64,000 nt of DNA. It comes from Carcharhinus amblyrhynchos (Eukaryota). Made by a program: the position numbers and the translations under genes. The stretch is from positions 61,132,001 to 61,196,000 of the forward strand of contig OZ336885.1 in NCBI GenBank assembly GCA_965287045.1. Direction: 5' to 3'. Under the pieces are notes generated by a model that worked only from the letters and a program-made list of their open reading frames with translations, had not been told where the DNA came from and ran no database searches. Below are positions 13,618-26,375 of this stretch, one piece after another (the first letter of the stretch is position 1; every line of letters starts with the position of its first letter).

Positions 13618-14654
13618 GGTGACTAATGGAGTGCCTCAGGGGTCGGTGCTGGGGCCTCAGCTATTTACCATTTACATAGATGATCTGGAGCAGGGAACCG
13701 AGTGTAGGGTGTCGAAATTTGCTGATGACACCAAGATTGGAGGAAAGGCAATGTGCGGAGGGTGGGGAGAGTCTACAGAAGGATTTAGATAGGCTGGGTG
13801 AATGGGCCAGGAAATGGCAAATGGAATTTAATGTTGGCAAGTGCGAGGTGGTCCACTTTGGTAGGAATAATGGTAGGAAGGATTATTACTTACGTGGCGA
13901 AAAACTGCAGCAGGCGACGGTGCAGAGGGGCCTGGGGGTCCTTGTGCATGAGTCGCAAAAACCCAGCCTGCAGGTGCAGCAGGTGGTCAGGAAGGCGAAT
14001 GGGATGCTGGCCTTCATCGCGAGGGGGATTGAATATAAAAGTAGGGAGGTCTTGCTGCAGCTGTATAGGGCATTGGTGAGGCCGCAGCTGGAGTACTGTG
14101 TGCAGTTTTGGGCGCCGTACTTACGCAAGGATATTTTGGTCTTGGAGGGAGTGCAGAGGAGGTTTACGAGGCTGATGCCGGAGTTGAAGGGTTGAGCTAT
14201 GAGGAGAGGATGAATAAACTAGGCTTGTACTCGTTAGAGTTTAGAAGAATGATGGGAGATCTCATTGAGACGTATAAGATGATGAACGGGATGAATAGGA
14301 TAGAGGTGGAGAGACTCTTCCCGCTCAGAAAGGATAGTAGGACTAGGGAGCACAGCCTCAAGATAAAGGGGGGGGGGGGCGGTTTAGAACAGAGTTGAGG
14401 AGGAACTTCTTCACTCAAAGGGTGGTGAATCTCTGGAATTCTCTGCCCGTTGAAGTGGTGGAGGCTACCTCGCTAAACATTTTTAAGACGCGGGTTGATG
14501 GGTTTTTGATAAGAGAGGAGATTAAGGGTTATGGGGAGAGGGTGGGAATGTGGAACTGAGCCACGATAGATCAGCCATGATCTTATTAAATGGCGGGGCA
14601 CGCTCGAAGGGCTAGATGGCCTACTCCTGCTCCTATTTCTTATGTTCTTATGTT
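13618..14654 (+). mobile_element. Young 5'-truncated CR1 LINE, same subfamily as 389-2114
   Basis: Frameshifted [24 protein letters not shown] ORFs and a (TTCTTATG) tail. CTAT flanks both ends (13614-13617 and 14655-14658). The empty site at ~41696 reads caaacCTATcatagg. Confidence 0.97.
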
Positions 14655-17259
14655 CTATCATAGGTCTTGTCAGCGCCAGTGGGCGAAACGACCACTACGG
14701 ACTCAGGGTGAAATTCAATAAGGGCACAGCTTTATTTTCTTTTACGTCGACGGAGAAGCACAGTCAGGACATACAATCACATTGTCCCGAATGCGCTCGA
14801 ACGGTCCCTCGCAGCGGACTATACTTATACCTGAACTTCGGTGCAGTATGCGATTGAAATGCGAATACTTTATTTACAAATTCGAACTTAGCCATCCTGT
14901 CTCGGTGTTTTCAAGTGTTGAGGAAATTGTTTTCAGTGTGTGTTAATCGTTTTGTCTGATTGGTTATTAATGGTCTCGAATCTCTGGGGTTTGAACCATC
15001 GATGTGCCATTGATCTCAAAAGAGGTTTGAGGGGCCCGGAACGTTTCCTTAGCTATGCTAATTTTAGGTGTCTCCATGGGTTGTTTGACTGTTTTAGAAA
15101 TGCTGATTGTGATGGGGTGGGGATTTAGTTCCTGTAGGTGCCATCCCGTCCAGCTTCCCTTGTGTGCTAGCCCTCACTTGGATTCCAAAAGCATGGTCTT
15201 GCCTGCTTATCGGTGTCTGTTACTTTGTGATTTTTAGTGGAGAGGCTCTGAGTGTAACTTTAGTCTGCTTCCATATTGTGTGTCCAATTTTATAAAATTT
15301 GTTGACTGATAGCAGTCTGAATCTTAGAAAAGTTCTTCATTTAATGAAGCTGCCCGTTCTCTAAATATTGTTGTTGACAGGTTGACAAGTGCAAATTTGC
15401 ACAAAGTATATACCACCTCTCTTCTTCGCCAAACAATTTCAATATTTTTGTCCCTTTCAAGAAGACATGCGAGTTCTTCGAAACTAGGTTCCCCTCTGTC
15501 GCTTTTTCGTCCGTGAATGTAACAACACACTTTGTACCCCTTCATGAAATCATTCATATAAAGTGTGCATCTTTCAAGGCTCAGCATAGATCCCTGCAAT
15601 AGACCCCTGAAGTCATCATGTGAAAACAGGCATTACCAGTTTCTGCTTGATCGCTCTTTCCTGTTAGCTGAACAATACTTCTCCATTTCAAGCATGTTAC
15701 CCTTGCACTGCGATATATTATTTTGCACTTCTATTTAAGATCAGGATCTTGCTAACGATTTATGTTAATCTATTTCAATATGATTCATTGACTTCATTTT
15801 TCAAAATTGTTCATTAATTCATTTAAAGCCCCCCAAAAATGATAGAACATATTTAACATCTCACTGAATCATATTGCCTCTGACTGTTTTTCTTTAATTC
15901 TGTTAGTATCCTGCTCTGAACAGATCAATAACATAATCCTAATATTTCACAGTGACGGGTGAAAAGTTAACTGTCATGTAATTTCAAATTCTCTGGCTCT
16001 TTTTTTCTTTGCTGCGGAGATTTCATGTCCACAGTATTGCAATTTTGTGTGATTATTCCGTTGTTTTTGGAACATTTTAAAAAAGTATCACTACCTCAAT
16101 GAGTATATGCTTAGAGACTGGAAGATAGAATCCAGCAGAGAGTGTGCAATTGTCACAACTTTTTCTTTTCGGATAATCTTTTGAGTCCCATCAGCCAGGC
16201 GATTTTAAATGTTTTTTTTTCGTTCCCTTTCACATTCTGATACAGAGTTCTATGTGGAGAGTTGCATTTAGATTGCAGACAGAACCAAAGTGCCGATTTA
16301 TACCATCTGCCGGCCCCTTTTTTCAATCATTGATTCACCACTCGCATTGTTTCTCTGCTGTTATTTTCGCCCTTTTTAAAATGTTATTTTCTGTTCTGCT
16401 TTCGTTTGTATGGAATAATGCACATTTTTCCCAACTGATACTGCATGACGTTCCTTAGTTATCCACGCGTGCTGCACCCTTCGCCTAGATTATTACTTGA
16501 TCACTGAAATGTATCTGTCTTGCATTGCATATCTAATGAAATAGACATTAATACGTATTAAAGCTCATAAGTGTTCGATTTGGTCGACGGATCAAAATTA
16601 TTGACGGATATTGTGAACACTAAGGCTAAGTTCCTAAATTTGATCTATTCCGAAAGCCTTAGTCTTCCATCACGAATATTATCCATTTTAACGTTCTCGT
16701 TGAATTGTTCTCGTTCGCCAGTCCAAAATGCATTTCAGTGCCACGTCATTGACGATGCACGAGTTATTTTAATTTCGTGACTTAAACTCCTGGTCGGGGC
16801 TCTTAAGGAAAAGCTCCATGAAAGTCAAAATGTGCCATCCACCTCAATTATCCTTTAACCATTTTCGAGAAATTTGTTAAAATAACACCACCAAATTGAG
16901 TAAACGATTTAATATCTCGAAATCTGTGATGGCTATGCAGAAATGGATCATGATTACCAATTTGCTGGCAGAGCATTTTTGCATTGGCCCGTACCACCTC
17001 TACACATTTATCTAACGAATCACCCTCAATGAAGTAGCTTAGTACACAAATTGATAATTAGGAATGACCAATACACTTAGTATGAAATTATTTGGCCTAT
17101 AATTGGCATCGGAAACTACTAATGAAACCTAAGCAAACAGGTATTCTTGGACAGGCACCCCAGGAATGAATTGACCCCATGAACTATGCAGGAACAATGA
17201 CAACAACTCTTCCAAAATGCTACCATAATAACATTCATGTAATATTCTTGATAACATCG

Positions 17260-17550
17260 CGTTCAGTGCAAGGCATCCTTCGACCCATCTAGCCTGCACC
17301 GACCACAATTCCACCCAGCCCTGTTCCACGTATTTTCCCTGCTAATCTTCTGACATTATGTATCAAATTTGCATGGCCAATCAACCTAACTCTCGCATTG
17401 TTGGAGTTTGGGAGGAAATCGGAGCATCCGGTAGAAACCCGCAGTGACACAGGAAGAATGTGCAACCACCACACAGAGAGTCACCCAAGGCCGGAGCTGA
17501 AGCGTGTGCTTGGCACTGTGAGGCAGCAGTGCAAAGCAGTGCGCTGCCCA
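17260..17550 (-). mobile_element. HE1/V-SINE-type SINE, degenerate
   Basis: Contains GGAGGAAATCGGAGCATCCGG and GGCACTGTGAGGCAGCAGTGC. Shared with ~44310-44597. Confidence 0.82.
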
Positions 17551-17738
17551 CCTCATTTTGCCACAGTGGCGGACTCACATCGATAAAATAATTTAGTTTC
17601 GACTGATCAGGATGCAGTTTGAAATGCCAGCACTGAGCCAAATGCACACCTTAAGATTGTTGTGATATTCCATTAATCACGCGAGTATTCAATTAGCAAT
17701 ATCAATTCATGAACTAGATCATTTTATATGCATCTTAC

Positions 17739-17774
17739 CTAATTCATTGAACATTTGCAACTGGTTTTCGGCCT
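17739..17774 (-). CDS. 36-nt phase-1 microexon EAENQLQMFNEL (left copy)
   Basis: ttctcattcatttcag|AGGCCG...GAATTAG|gtaaga. Identical to the paralog at 44786-44821. Confidence 0.82.
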   Translation of the reverse strand, partial: RPKTSCKCSMN

Positions 17775-20700
17775 CTGAAATGAATGAGAAATCATTTTTG
17801 ATCTCACTTTGCTTGTGTTGCTGTCATTCGTTTGTACCTGTATTCACATGTGGTCAAGGACGTTTGAACGCGCACTTAAGGTAACTGATTGAGGGTCCAT
17901 TCGTCTCACTGCTATGTTAAAACAACAAAGGAGATGATCTGTCAAATCACAAACTGTACAATTGGAAATCATTGCTAAATTTTGAGGGAACTAAACAAAA
18001 AAAAACTTCCAAACGGAAGAGGATGTCTTTGTGTTTCTCTGTGTGAGCATAGGCAGCTGGGGTGGAGTGGGCGGCGGTGCGGTAACGTGAACTCGGCGGT
18101 TTTCAAATTCGTCTTCCTCCCGAGAGAAAACAATAATAAACAAAATGTGATATAATTGGCGTGGTGGTGGGTTCAGTCTTCAATCATGATTAGGTGCTGT
18201 TGTTAGCCCCGTGACTCTGAATTATATACGCAAGCCTGTCGGTGAAGGTAGTGTGTCATGAATAATTAAACGCCGCAGGTGTATCATTGTCTCTGAAATA
18301 ACGATAGACCGTCATTTACCAAATAAATTTCTGAACGAAGATATCGGTGACTCGCATGTGTGTATTTGATATGCATTAAGCCAACAATGCGTTCTTGAAG
18401 ACAAATTCTGTTTACCAAATATGATTGAAGTTCACAATAAATTACTTCGATATGTAATGGAAGCAACGTGATTCCGTTTCTATGTGAGCCGTTGCAAATA
18501 AAGTGAGGTCGACGAAACGGAGTTCCTGTCGCAAAAAAAAGATCTTGTGTGTGCACATATCTCGAGCTATTGTGAAACTGCCTGAGAAGTGTCAGTTGTA
18601 TGCATTATATCACAATTGTCTGAAGGCAGATAGAAGTCACAGAGATGAAATAATTATTATTACCTTGTACTCCGTGATTTCGCAAAAATAATGTTATTCT
18701 TTTTCGAAAAAGCTTTGGTCTTTGGTGTTATGTTTAAAAATTAGTTTATATGTAAGAGAATAGTTACGTCAAATGTTGTAGATATTAAGTCAACGGACAG
18801 CTTCAAAATATTAAAGCGGGTATCAGAAATTACCAAATTATTTCATATGCAAGAACTATTGTTGCATATCAAAGAGCTAATTTATAAATATGTATGTTTT
18901 ACAAAATATTAACATTAATAAACTTACAGCAATCAACTTGGCAACTCAAAAAATGCCCATCTGATGTTCAACCACAACTTTCCACAGCATTTCAGATAAA
19001 ACGAAGTTTTAAAGCAGTCTTTTTTTTAAGAAAAGGTCCCATCAAGAATTCCTGCCTCTTCTTCTGCGTTATCATCACTTTCAGAGATGTTGCTGTCTAC
19101 TGGGAAATTTCCTTCATCCCATCATTCTTCAGCCTCTTCTGCTTCAGATACAGAAACAATCAAACTTTGTGTTAGTCCTTCTGGAAGGAGTTTCATTGTC
19201 AACTGGTGTTTTGCTATGAAAATTCAGTGCTTTTCTCGCCTAGGTACAGTACTGAATAAGCAAAAATTAAAACTGGCTCGCTGTTCAGTCATGGTAGAAA
19301 CGCATACAAATGGCCTAATTCGCGCTGGCTCCTTCTCTGTTTCCAGCTTTCCAGTGTATAAACCCATCGCTCCTAGGTCTATGTGTTATGATATGAAAGT
19401 ATGCCTTGCCCATTTAAGTGAAAGTGTTGTTCACTCAGACGTCGTTTGTCTTTGCAAATATGTTTCTGAAATGTTTATGCCAGCCAATTCCTTGTAAACC
19501 AGTCTGGGTTTGACAGGTTCTTGGTAAGCAAAGGTGTGACGCCATATCGGGCACAAGATGAGTTCAGATGTGTGCTTGCTATCAGATCCGTGAATGTTAG
19601 TGAATTGCGGCACGGATCTGAATAGCTAAATGACCACATCCAGCCCCCTGTTCCCTTGGACTTTCGAATGACCATTTAATGGCCTTCTCCATTATAATGC
19701 ACTGTGAGACGCACGCAGCACCCTGAATGCGACAACACGCATTTCTGTTTATATTACGATTGCAGTGAGTCTTGTCTTGGATGTGCTGCCCTTGTTACAC
19801 TTCACTCTGCCTGTTCTTCTGTAGGGAAGAACGGTTTGAGTGTGGTCATTGTGCTATGAGAAAAATCAGTGCAACGTGATGTGCATCATCCAACAGTGCC
19901 TTAGTTGTAATATTTGGAGAACGATTTGACAGTTTAGCTTCCTGTGGCATAGACTTGCTTTTCTTGTTTTAGAATTCAACTAATGCCCATCAGGTTCCAT
20001 AGCATTTTTCAGCTAAGTATATATAAGGCGCTCCAAGGGAGAACAGATGCGCAAAAAGGACAAGGAAACAAAGCTGCATCAAGTAACGCCTACCATGCAA
20101 CATCGTGTTTTGAGGCAAATAACAAGAATACAACACAAATGACACAGTGGTGCAAGTAAAAATGTAAATAAAGATCGCCAGATATTTCATGAAATGGTAA
20201 CAATTAACAAATAGAAGAAGGAAGAGAAAGCTGTACATAATAAAAACAATTCTATCATTGGCTGCCAATGCATATTAAACGGAAGGGGAAATTGAAGATG
20301 TAGAAGTTGGACGTGGAAAAAATAATCTTGGAAATTGTGTGACGCATGAAATCGAACAACAAATTCCACTGATAGATACAAAAACTACACTGAGCTTTTT
20401 GTTTTCTAGGAATAAAGAAATGTATAAATGAGGCACAATGCGATGATGAGCCACGGGTATGTTTAACTGGAAACATGTAGGTATTGCGCTTTCAAATTGG
20501 AACTCAAAAAGAAAACACTTTTTAAAAAATATTTGTGTCTAGAGATACTGACATCATGATGGGGTGTTTCACGAAAAGATACGATGAGAAGGAACAACTT
20601 CCAGCGATGTTATTAAGTTGGACCTATCCTTTGCAACATATAGTAGCTTGGCTCAAATAAAACGTGAACAATACAATACGCTTGATACGATGTCAGTCGG

Positions 20701-21169
20701 TGTCAGTGATAAGGATATTAATGGTGGTTAGTGAAGAGTTTACAGCAATTTTGCAAGAAGATTGAAATGTCCTTGTTGGACACTGCACGGAGACCCATTT
20801 CTCAATCGTATTTTCCAGTGGACATCCAATTAAGTGTTCGTAGCTATTGGTGTGATAACTAAGTCAATAGAGATGGACAGAAAGGAACCCTGAAGTCACG
20901 TCGTGGTTACTGATAGAGACTGACGTCCCCTGAATGCGTTGATTCATTAACTGTATCTGCAGGAGACATTAATATTGGCGATGATGAATATTTTTGGTAC
21001 ATCAAAACGGTTAATCACGTGGCTCAAAAATTAATCCCGTAGTTGCACTTCGAAATTGTGAAACAAGGTGAAATGCGTTCCAGTGCAAAAATGGGGCGGG
21101 GCAACCATTTCGTCTCACCATTTTTACTTCGGTGGAGATTGGATAACAAGGACAGCATCAGTTTTGCTA

Positions 21170-21470
21170 GAGTGGCATTGTGCCATAGTCGTTAGCACTG
21201 CTGCTTCACAGCGCCAGTTACCGGAATTAAATTCCCGGCTTGGATTAATGCGTGGGGTTTGCACGTTCTCCCTGTGATTGCTTGGGTTTCCTCGGATGGT
21301 CCGGTTACCTCCCACGGTGCGAGATGATAGGCTGTCCATGGCAATTATTCCATTTGTGCCGGGGGACTGCTAGGGTAAATCCATGCTGTTATGATTTCGT
21401 GCCTCGGTTAGATGTGTCGTCTCAGACCCGGTAGGCCGAATGGCCTCCTGTTGCAGTGTATGATTCCATG
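21170..21470 (+). mobile_element. HE1/V-SINE-type SINE, degenerate
   Basis: GTTAGCACTGCTGCTTCACAGCGCCAG head and GGCCGAATGGCCTCC tail. Shared with ~48227-48530. Confidence 0.8.
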
Positions 21471-22014
21471 GCATAATCTCATGGCTTTGTCATTCCAAGA
21501 ACGGCAATGATATACTTCATTCTACCGACATGAAACAAGTGTTCCTGTATGACACTTGTGAATTGGACGCGATCGTGAAGGAGTTGCATGACGGACGGGA
21601 ATGGAAGAACCATGCGGTGGCAGTCCAGCCATATAGTAGCATGTCATGTTACGGGAATGGTAGCATAATGGCGAACTGTGTGCTTCCATGACTGAAGTTT
21701 CCACCAACACATCTATTGATGGTCTGTATGCCAGAACATTTGGCTCCCCCATCGTGGATGAGACAGTTTGCCTTGAAACTGAGCATTGCATCAGCTTTTG
21801 TTTCAGGGACTGCAGTATTTGAGGTGCTTACAGAGAAGGCATATCATCAAAACAAGATGGAAAAATTGTATTCCAAAATAGATTAACCTTCAGAATACAT
21901 GGACATTATCAGGACATCATGGGGAGATATTCAATCACTTCGAGCTAAGCAATATTGCCAACACAAGATAAACCACAAGGGGACAGGAACAATAGCCTGC
22001 ACAGCCAAAATACT

Positions 22015-22120
22015 GGTTCGGATTTTACCTCCCCCCACGACAGGTATCGAAAAGCGCGAGGAAAGTTTCATGGCAAGGTCTGTTGACCTGAAACGAGATT
22101 TTACGGACGTGGGGCAGTGA
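22015..22120. repeat. Short interspersed shark repeat fragment (GGATTTTAC-type)
   Basis: Resembles, from memory only, an abundant shark element 'CCGTAAAATCCCGCCCGAGGTCAAC...GGTAAAAT'. Shared with ~49070-49180. Confidence 0.45.
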
Positions 22121-24229
22121 GTGCCTCAGTTGGGAATTAACGGGAAGTCCGCAGCCATTTATTCTAATGCGTCAACCAAAGAACGTATTCACTTTTGAAG
22201 ATGGCAACGCGTTTGCTGCCAATCAATTCTGATGAGAAGAACGGGGTGTCACATTTAACATTATGAAATCACCCGCGGTTGACTGGACACGTTGAATCCT
22301 GATCCAAGGGATTTACTTTCAGATTAAGAGGCAGGCCATATTGCAATGAGTTAGCTACTCGTTTTTTAAAGAAATATATACATATAATATACCATATGAA
22401 CATTATTTCTAACATCTTGATTCCAGTGATTTATTTCCTTACCGATAAGACAATTGCATTAGTTTTTTTTTGAAGCTGCTTTTGCTTTATTGTGAAACGC
22501 TGCACCAGACTGTTCTGTTGCAGAAAGATCCAGTTCAAGAATATACAATTAGTGACGATAAGACAAGGAACAAGTATTCCAATGGAGATATGTATTTATG
22601 ACTTGGAGTAACATAGACGATTAAACGGCAACTCTCTGGGATAGGAAAAAAAAAACTCAGAGAGAATCACAAAGTACAAAATTGACATAGAATGAAAAAG
22701 AGGCATAAAATCAGCAATTATAAGTTATACATTTTTTTGTGAAATTGGCAGATGTGCAAACCTCCGTGTCGGAACATTGGCTGTCTTCATATCAAGAGTA
22801 TTCGTACTGAGAAAATGGGAGAAAAAATCAAATGAACAAAATAAATTGTGTGTGAAGTATAACCTGACACCGTCGTAAATGATGGAATGACAAAGCAAAG
22901 TTCAGAAGGGCGGGAGACAGAAGGCTGAATTGCCAGACACTTGCACATAATACCTTACAAGGATAGCAAGTTTGTGACATAAAACAGGAAGGTGTACCAA
23001 CGTATATGGAGTTTCTCCATTGTGCAGTAAAGAAGAGGGAATGCGTGCGTGCATTAACGACAGATTGAATTTGATACACCAAAATGTTTGCGACATTTTG
23101 GACGCTTAGGGACTTTTGTGATTTGCAACGAAATGTGAATTGGTAGCAAATAGAACGGTTTGATGCAATAATGTTCAAACATTTTTACTTTGGCTTTGAC
23201 TGGAAAGTTGATTTGCCTGAGTAATCTGAATATTGGCATAAATCTAAATCAAGTCTTTGGAACTGGTTCAAAAGAACGAAATGCCAGGTCTTTAGAAGAG
23301 TTAGTAAGGATCTATCTCTTGTATAAATTGTCAAAGCGTTGCTATTTGTATTGCAACAAGAAATAAAAAGAAGAAAAAAATTGTCGTTCGCAAATGATAG
23401 GACATTTTGGCAGGGAGGGTGCTTGGCAAGCATTTGACATGCATTGAAAACAAGAAAAATATATTTTAAGAAGTATGAATTGTCAATATCCATTTTCCAC
23501 ACAAACGTTTGCTGCAACGCAGACAAACTAACTAAAACGGGGCATAATTTGACATCATGAACTCTCTCAAAATGCATTCTGAACATCTGTCCGTGAAATA
23601 CATTACGCAGTTAATTTTGCGGAGTGAAATCCTTTTGGCGGACAAAGAACAGTTAACGTAATTTGGAAGATGCTATGATCCTGCACTTCTAACGCTGCAG
23701 TTGCTGGAATATGAACAACCGTTTCATAGCCGAAAATATCGTACAGTGTCATAATGTTTGTGATATTTTAGCCAACAATTGGCTGTTTAGTGACTGCAGA
23801 ACAGAAGCATAGCCTCTTCTACCTTTCTATAGACTGCGTGCCGATGTATAGCCCCGAACTTGTAAATATTCCTGCTTCACTCGTGTCGTGTTTAGCCCTT
23901 GCCGTAATAAAGCAAAGAAAACTCAGACATTCGTGTACATTTTCATTAAACAGGGCATGAGAATACCAGAAATGTGCCCAGCATTCGATTTGGATCCTAA
24001 CGCCTGTGTAGGTCGACCACATACGTGCGCATTTCACGACCGGTTGTTTGCCAAAAGTATATGCAGAGAGTTTAAATATTATACTAAGATTTGAATCTTC
24101 TTTTCAATATCAAGACATATTTTGTGCTACAAGTACAGAATGAATGTGCCACTCAAACAAGTGTTTGGTTGCTTGATGTGAAAATGACGCTCACATATCA
24201 ATGGGTAGCATTTGTTTTGCGGCGCTAAC

Positions 24230-24256
24230 CTTGTTCTGTCAGCTTTAGTTTTCTTT
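24230..24256 (-). CDS. 27-nt phase-1 microexon ERKLKLTEQ (left copy)
   Basis: gtttttcacag|AAAGAAAAC...GAACAAG|gttagc. Paralog at 51300-51326. Confidence 0.78.
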
Positions 24257-25561
24257 CTGTGAAAAACATTAATGAGGCAGACCATAGAAAATTACATACA
24301 TGTGGCGACACAATCATTTTTTTTATTATTATTACTACCCTCTTTTGGCTAAATGGAAATTAAGTTGTAGTCTGGACAATTAAGTAAAACACACTTCACC
24401 TTATATAAAATAATGAATCCACCCATCATGTTTAGAATATGCCCTGCAAACTTTCTCTATCATCCATTAAGTCTTTGGACGAAAACTTCAATATGTTTCA
24501 TATTTCGGCAATTGTCAAGTTCTGAATTACCAAACGCCAATTTTCAGCTGTTGTCTGAATAATCATTATTTGGTGGGCGGCAGGATATCAGGCAATGCAC
24601 TATGACTCGTATCAAGAATCAACATTTTCAAAAATGAAAGCCTCAACACGTCTGCATTGCCATTGCACGTTGAAGATCTAATCAAAACAATCCTGAACAA
24701 CCATTTTTATTTCAATAATTCATTGGAACGCTACGTCACCTGGAAAGGTTTGTACGCCTCACGAAATTGAGAATTATGTTTTTTTTTATTGATGGCACAT
24801 TACTTCGCCAGTTGACTTATTTCATAAAACATTTGTTATCGCTTAGTCCATTTAACTTCAGCTGCGTTAAGAATTTAACAGGTCAGTTCCTTTGTCTTAT
24901 TTCATAACGGTCGTCTGAAAGTTCACAATTCTTCAGTCTGTCATCTGCAATGTTGAACATGCCGCCTTTTCACCAGTGCCCCTGTTTACGGTTGCAAATC
25001 TAACCTGTCAAAGAATCAAAGACGCACACTCTCCGCTGTCTCTTTTCATATTCAAATGTACTCTGATTGTCCCGTGGGCTCCTGCGTGATCTGGCCGTCC
25101 ATGCACTCAGCGTTTTTCACAACCTCATAAACAGATAATGATTAACGTAATTTGGCCGATTTGCATTCCACACGATCTCCTAACAAAAAAACAATTCAAG
25201 TTACGATTAGTTATGTCCTCGAATAGTCTAAAAAATGCTTCCCATCAAGGATGTTATGCTCATTAGTATGCATGTATTATAATATTCTGCTTTAAATTAT
25301 GATATAATTTTATTGAAATATCAAATTCCCTATTATGTTGGTACTGCTGCTATTTGCATGAAAATATAAACTATGGACGTCACTTCCAGCATTTTTACCC
25401 GGACATTTATAACTTCTTTAGATAACTCTCAGCTGTGTTAATAACTTGTACCTTGTAATGCAGACAACATTGTAGCACACCTCCTTTGTCTGTGTTACAA
25501 TACATGTAGTCGGGAACAATTTAGTGCCAATTTAACATAACCAACTTGTGTTACCACTAAC

Positions 25562-25591
25562 CTGCCTCTTGTAGTTTATTTATCAAATCGT
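25562..25591 (-). CDS. 30-nt phase-1 microexon DDLINKLQEA (42 nt, AIQS-DDL..., if the upstream AG is used)
   Basis: tttttctttgcag-ctattcaatcag|ACGATT...GAGGCAG|gttagt. Paralog at 52640-52669. Confidence 0.75.
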
Positions 25592-26269
25592 CTGATTGAA
25601 TAGCTGCAAAGAAAAATGATTAATTATTCTGCCGTTTATACTTGCGTTATATTTGGGGGGAGGATGATCCACGGAATTGTGCAAGCCAGGACGACATTCC
25701 TCTATTGACCAGCATCTCAAAAACTGTGATTACCATTTCGCCATAATATTGATTATCTTTGTTTGGAGAACATTGGCTACTGCATTTCTTATTTTAAAAA
25801 AATCAAAAGATAAATACTGTCCAAAAAATAATTCCACAATGCTAGTGGTACGGAACAATCGCTGAATAAATGTAAATATTGCATTCTTAATTTTGTCTAA
25901 TTGTTTAAATAATAGCACGTAAGTTAATTTGTTTTACGTTAGCAAATCCACTCTTTACTTTCGTCCCACTCTGACTGTAAATGCCTACATTTTTATGTAA
26001 TTACATATTTATTTTTGTTTATTCTCACGGTTGCAGCCGTGAGAATTGATAAAACAACGCTGAATTTGTGAAACAATGCATATCAATCGATATCAATCGG
26101 TATCGACGGAACAAAACGTATCAGTAATTGCTGTTGAAAACGTTCTGAATTTACACAGCATTCATTCGACTCCGATAGTATTAGAAATCCCTTTTGTGAA
26201 TATCTTGTTTGTCTTAGATATATATGTACATTTTAATATATTTCAGGAAAAAGGAAAGTAAGCAATGTT

Positions 26270-26375
26270 GTCAAAGGATCTTCCAGACTCGAGGCTTTAA
26301 CTCTGTTTTCTCTCCACGGATGCTGCCAGAACTGCTGGGGTGTCCCAGCATTTTCCATTTTTGCTCCAGATTTTA
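26270..26375 (+). mobile_element. Degenerate terminal fragment of a common shark retroelement (probably Penelope-like)
   Basis: CCAGACTCGA...AACTCTGTTTTCTCTCCACGGATGCTGCCAGA...CCAGCATTTTC motif. The family assignment is from memory. Confidence 0.5.

Larger units (their letters stand above)
1..26036 (+). repeat. Tandem segmental duplication, left copy (probably continues left of the window)
   Basis: Colinear with 29883-53104, including shared SINE/CR1 relics. Example: 6 mismatches in positions 1-60 versus 29883-29942. Similarity stops after 'tttgtttattctcacggttgcagc'. Confidence 0.95.

Noticed and set aside
19030-19141. Acidic terminal-exon-like segment (A/V)EEAEE* (paralog starts at 46189)
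   Set aside because: The acceptor is weak in the left copy, I saw no clear polyadenylation signal, and core exons continue downstream.
19990-20268. Hydrophobic, transmembrane-like ORF (paralog 47030-47329)
   Set aside because: T-rich composition explains the hydrophobicity, and there is no AG acceptor paired with the nearby donor.
22029-22071. Apparent start exon MKLSSRFSIPVVGG with four synonymous differences between the copies
   Set aside because: It lies inside what appears to be a common shark interspersed repeat and is not a plausible signal peptide.
22762-25489. Exon-like 45-nt (22762-22806) and 38-nt (25452-25489) segments
   Set aside because: They do not fit phase 1 (a stop in one copy, or a frameshift), and the coil reads cleanly without them.
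2120-26036. Decayed endogenous large DNA virus (herpes- or Polinton-like), suggested by protein-looking broken frames and CpG content
   Set aside because: I found no polymerase, terminase, helicase, capsid or integrase motifs. Stop density in the best frames is near that expected for AT-rich random DNA, and the region is better explained as introns of the microexon gene.
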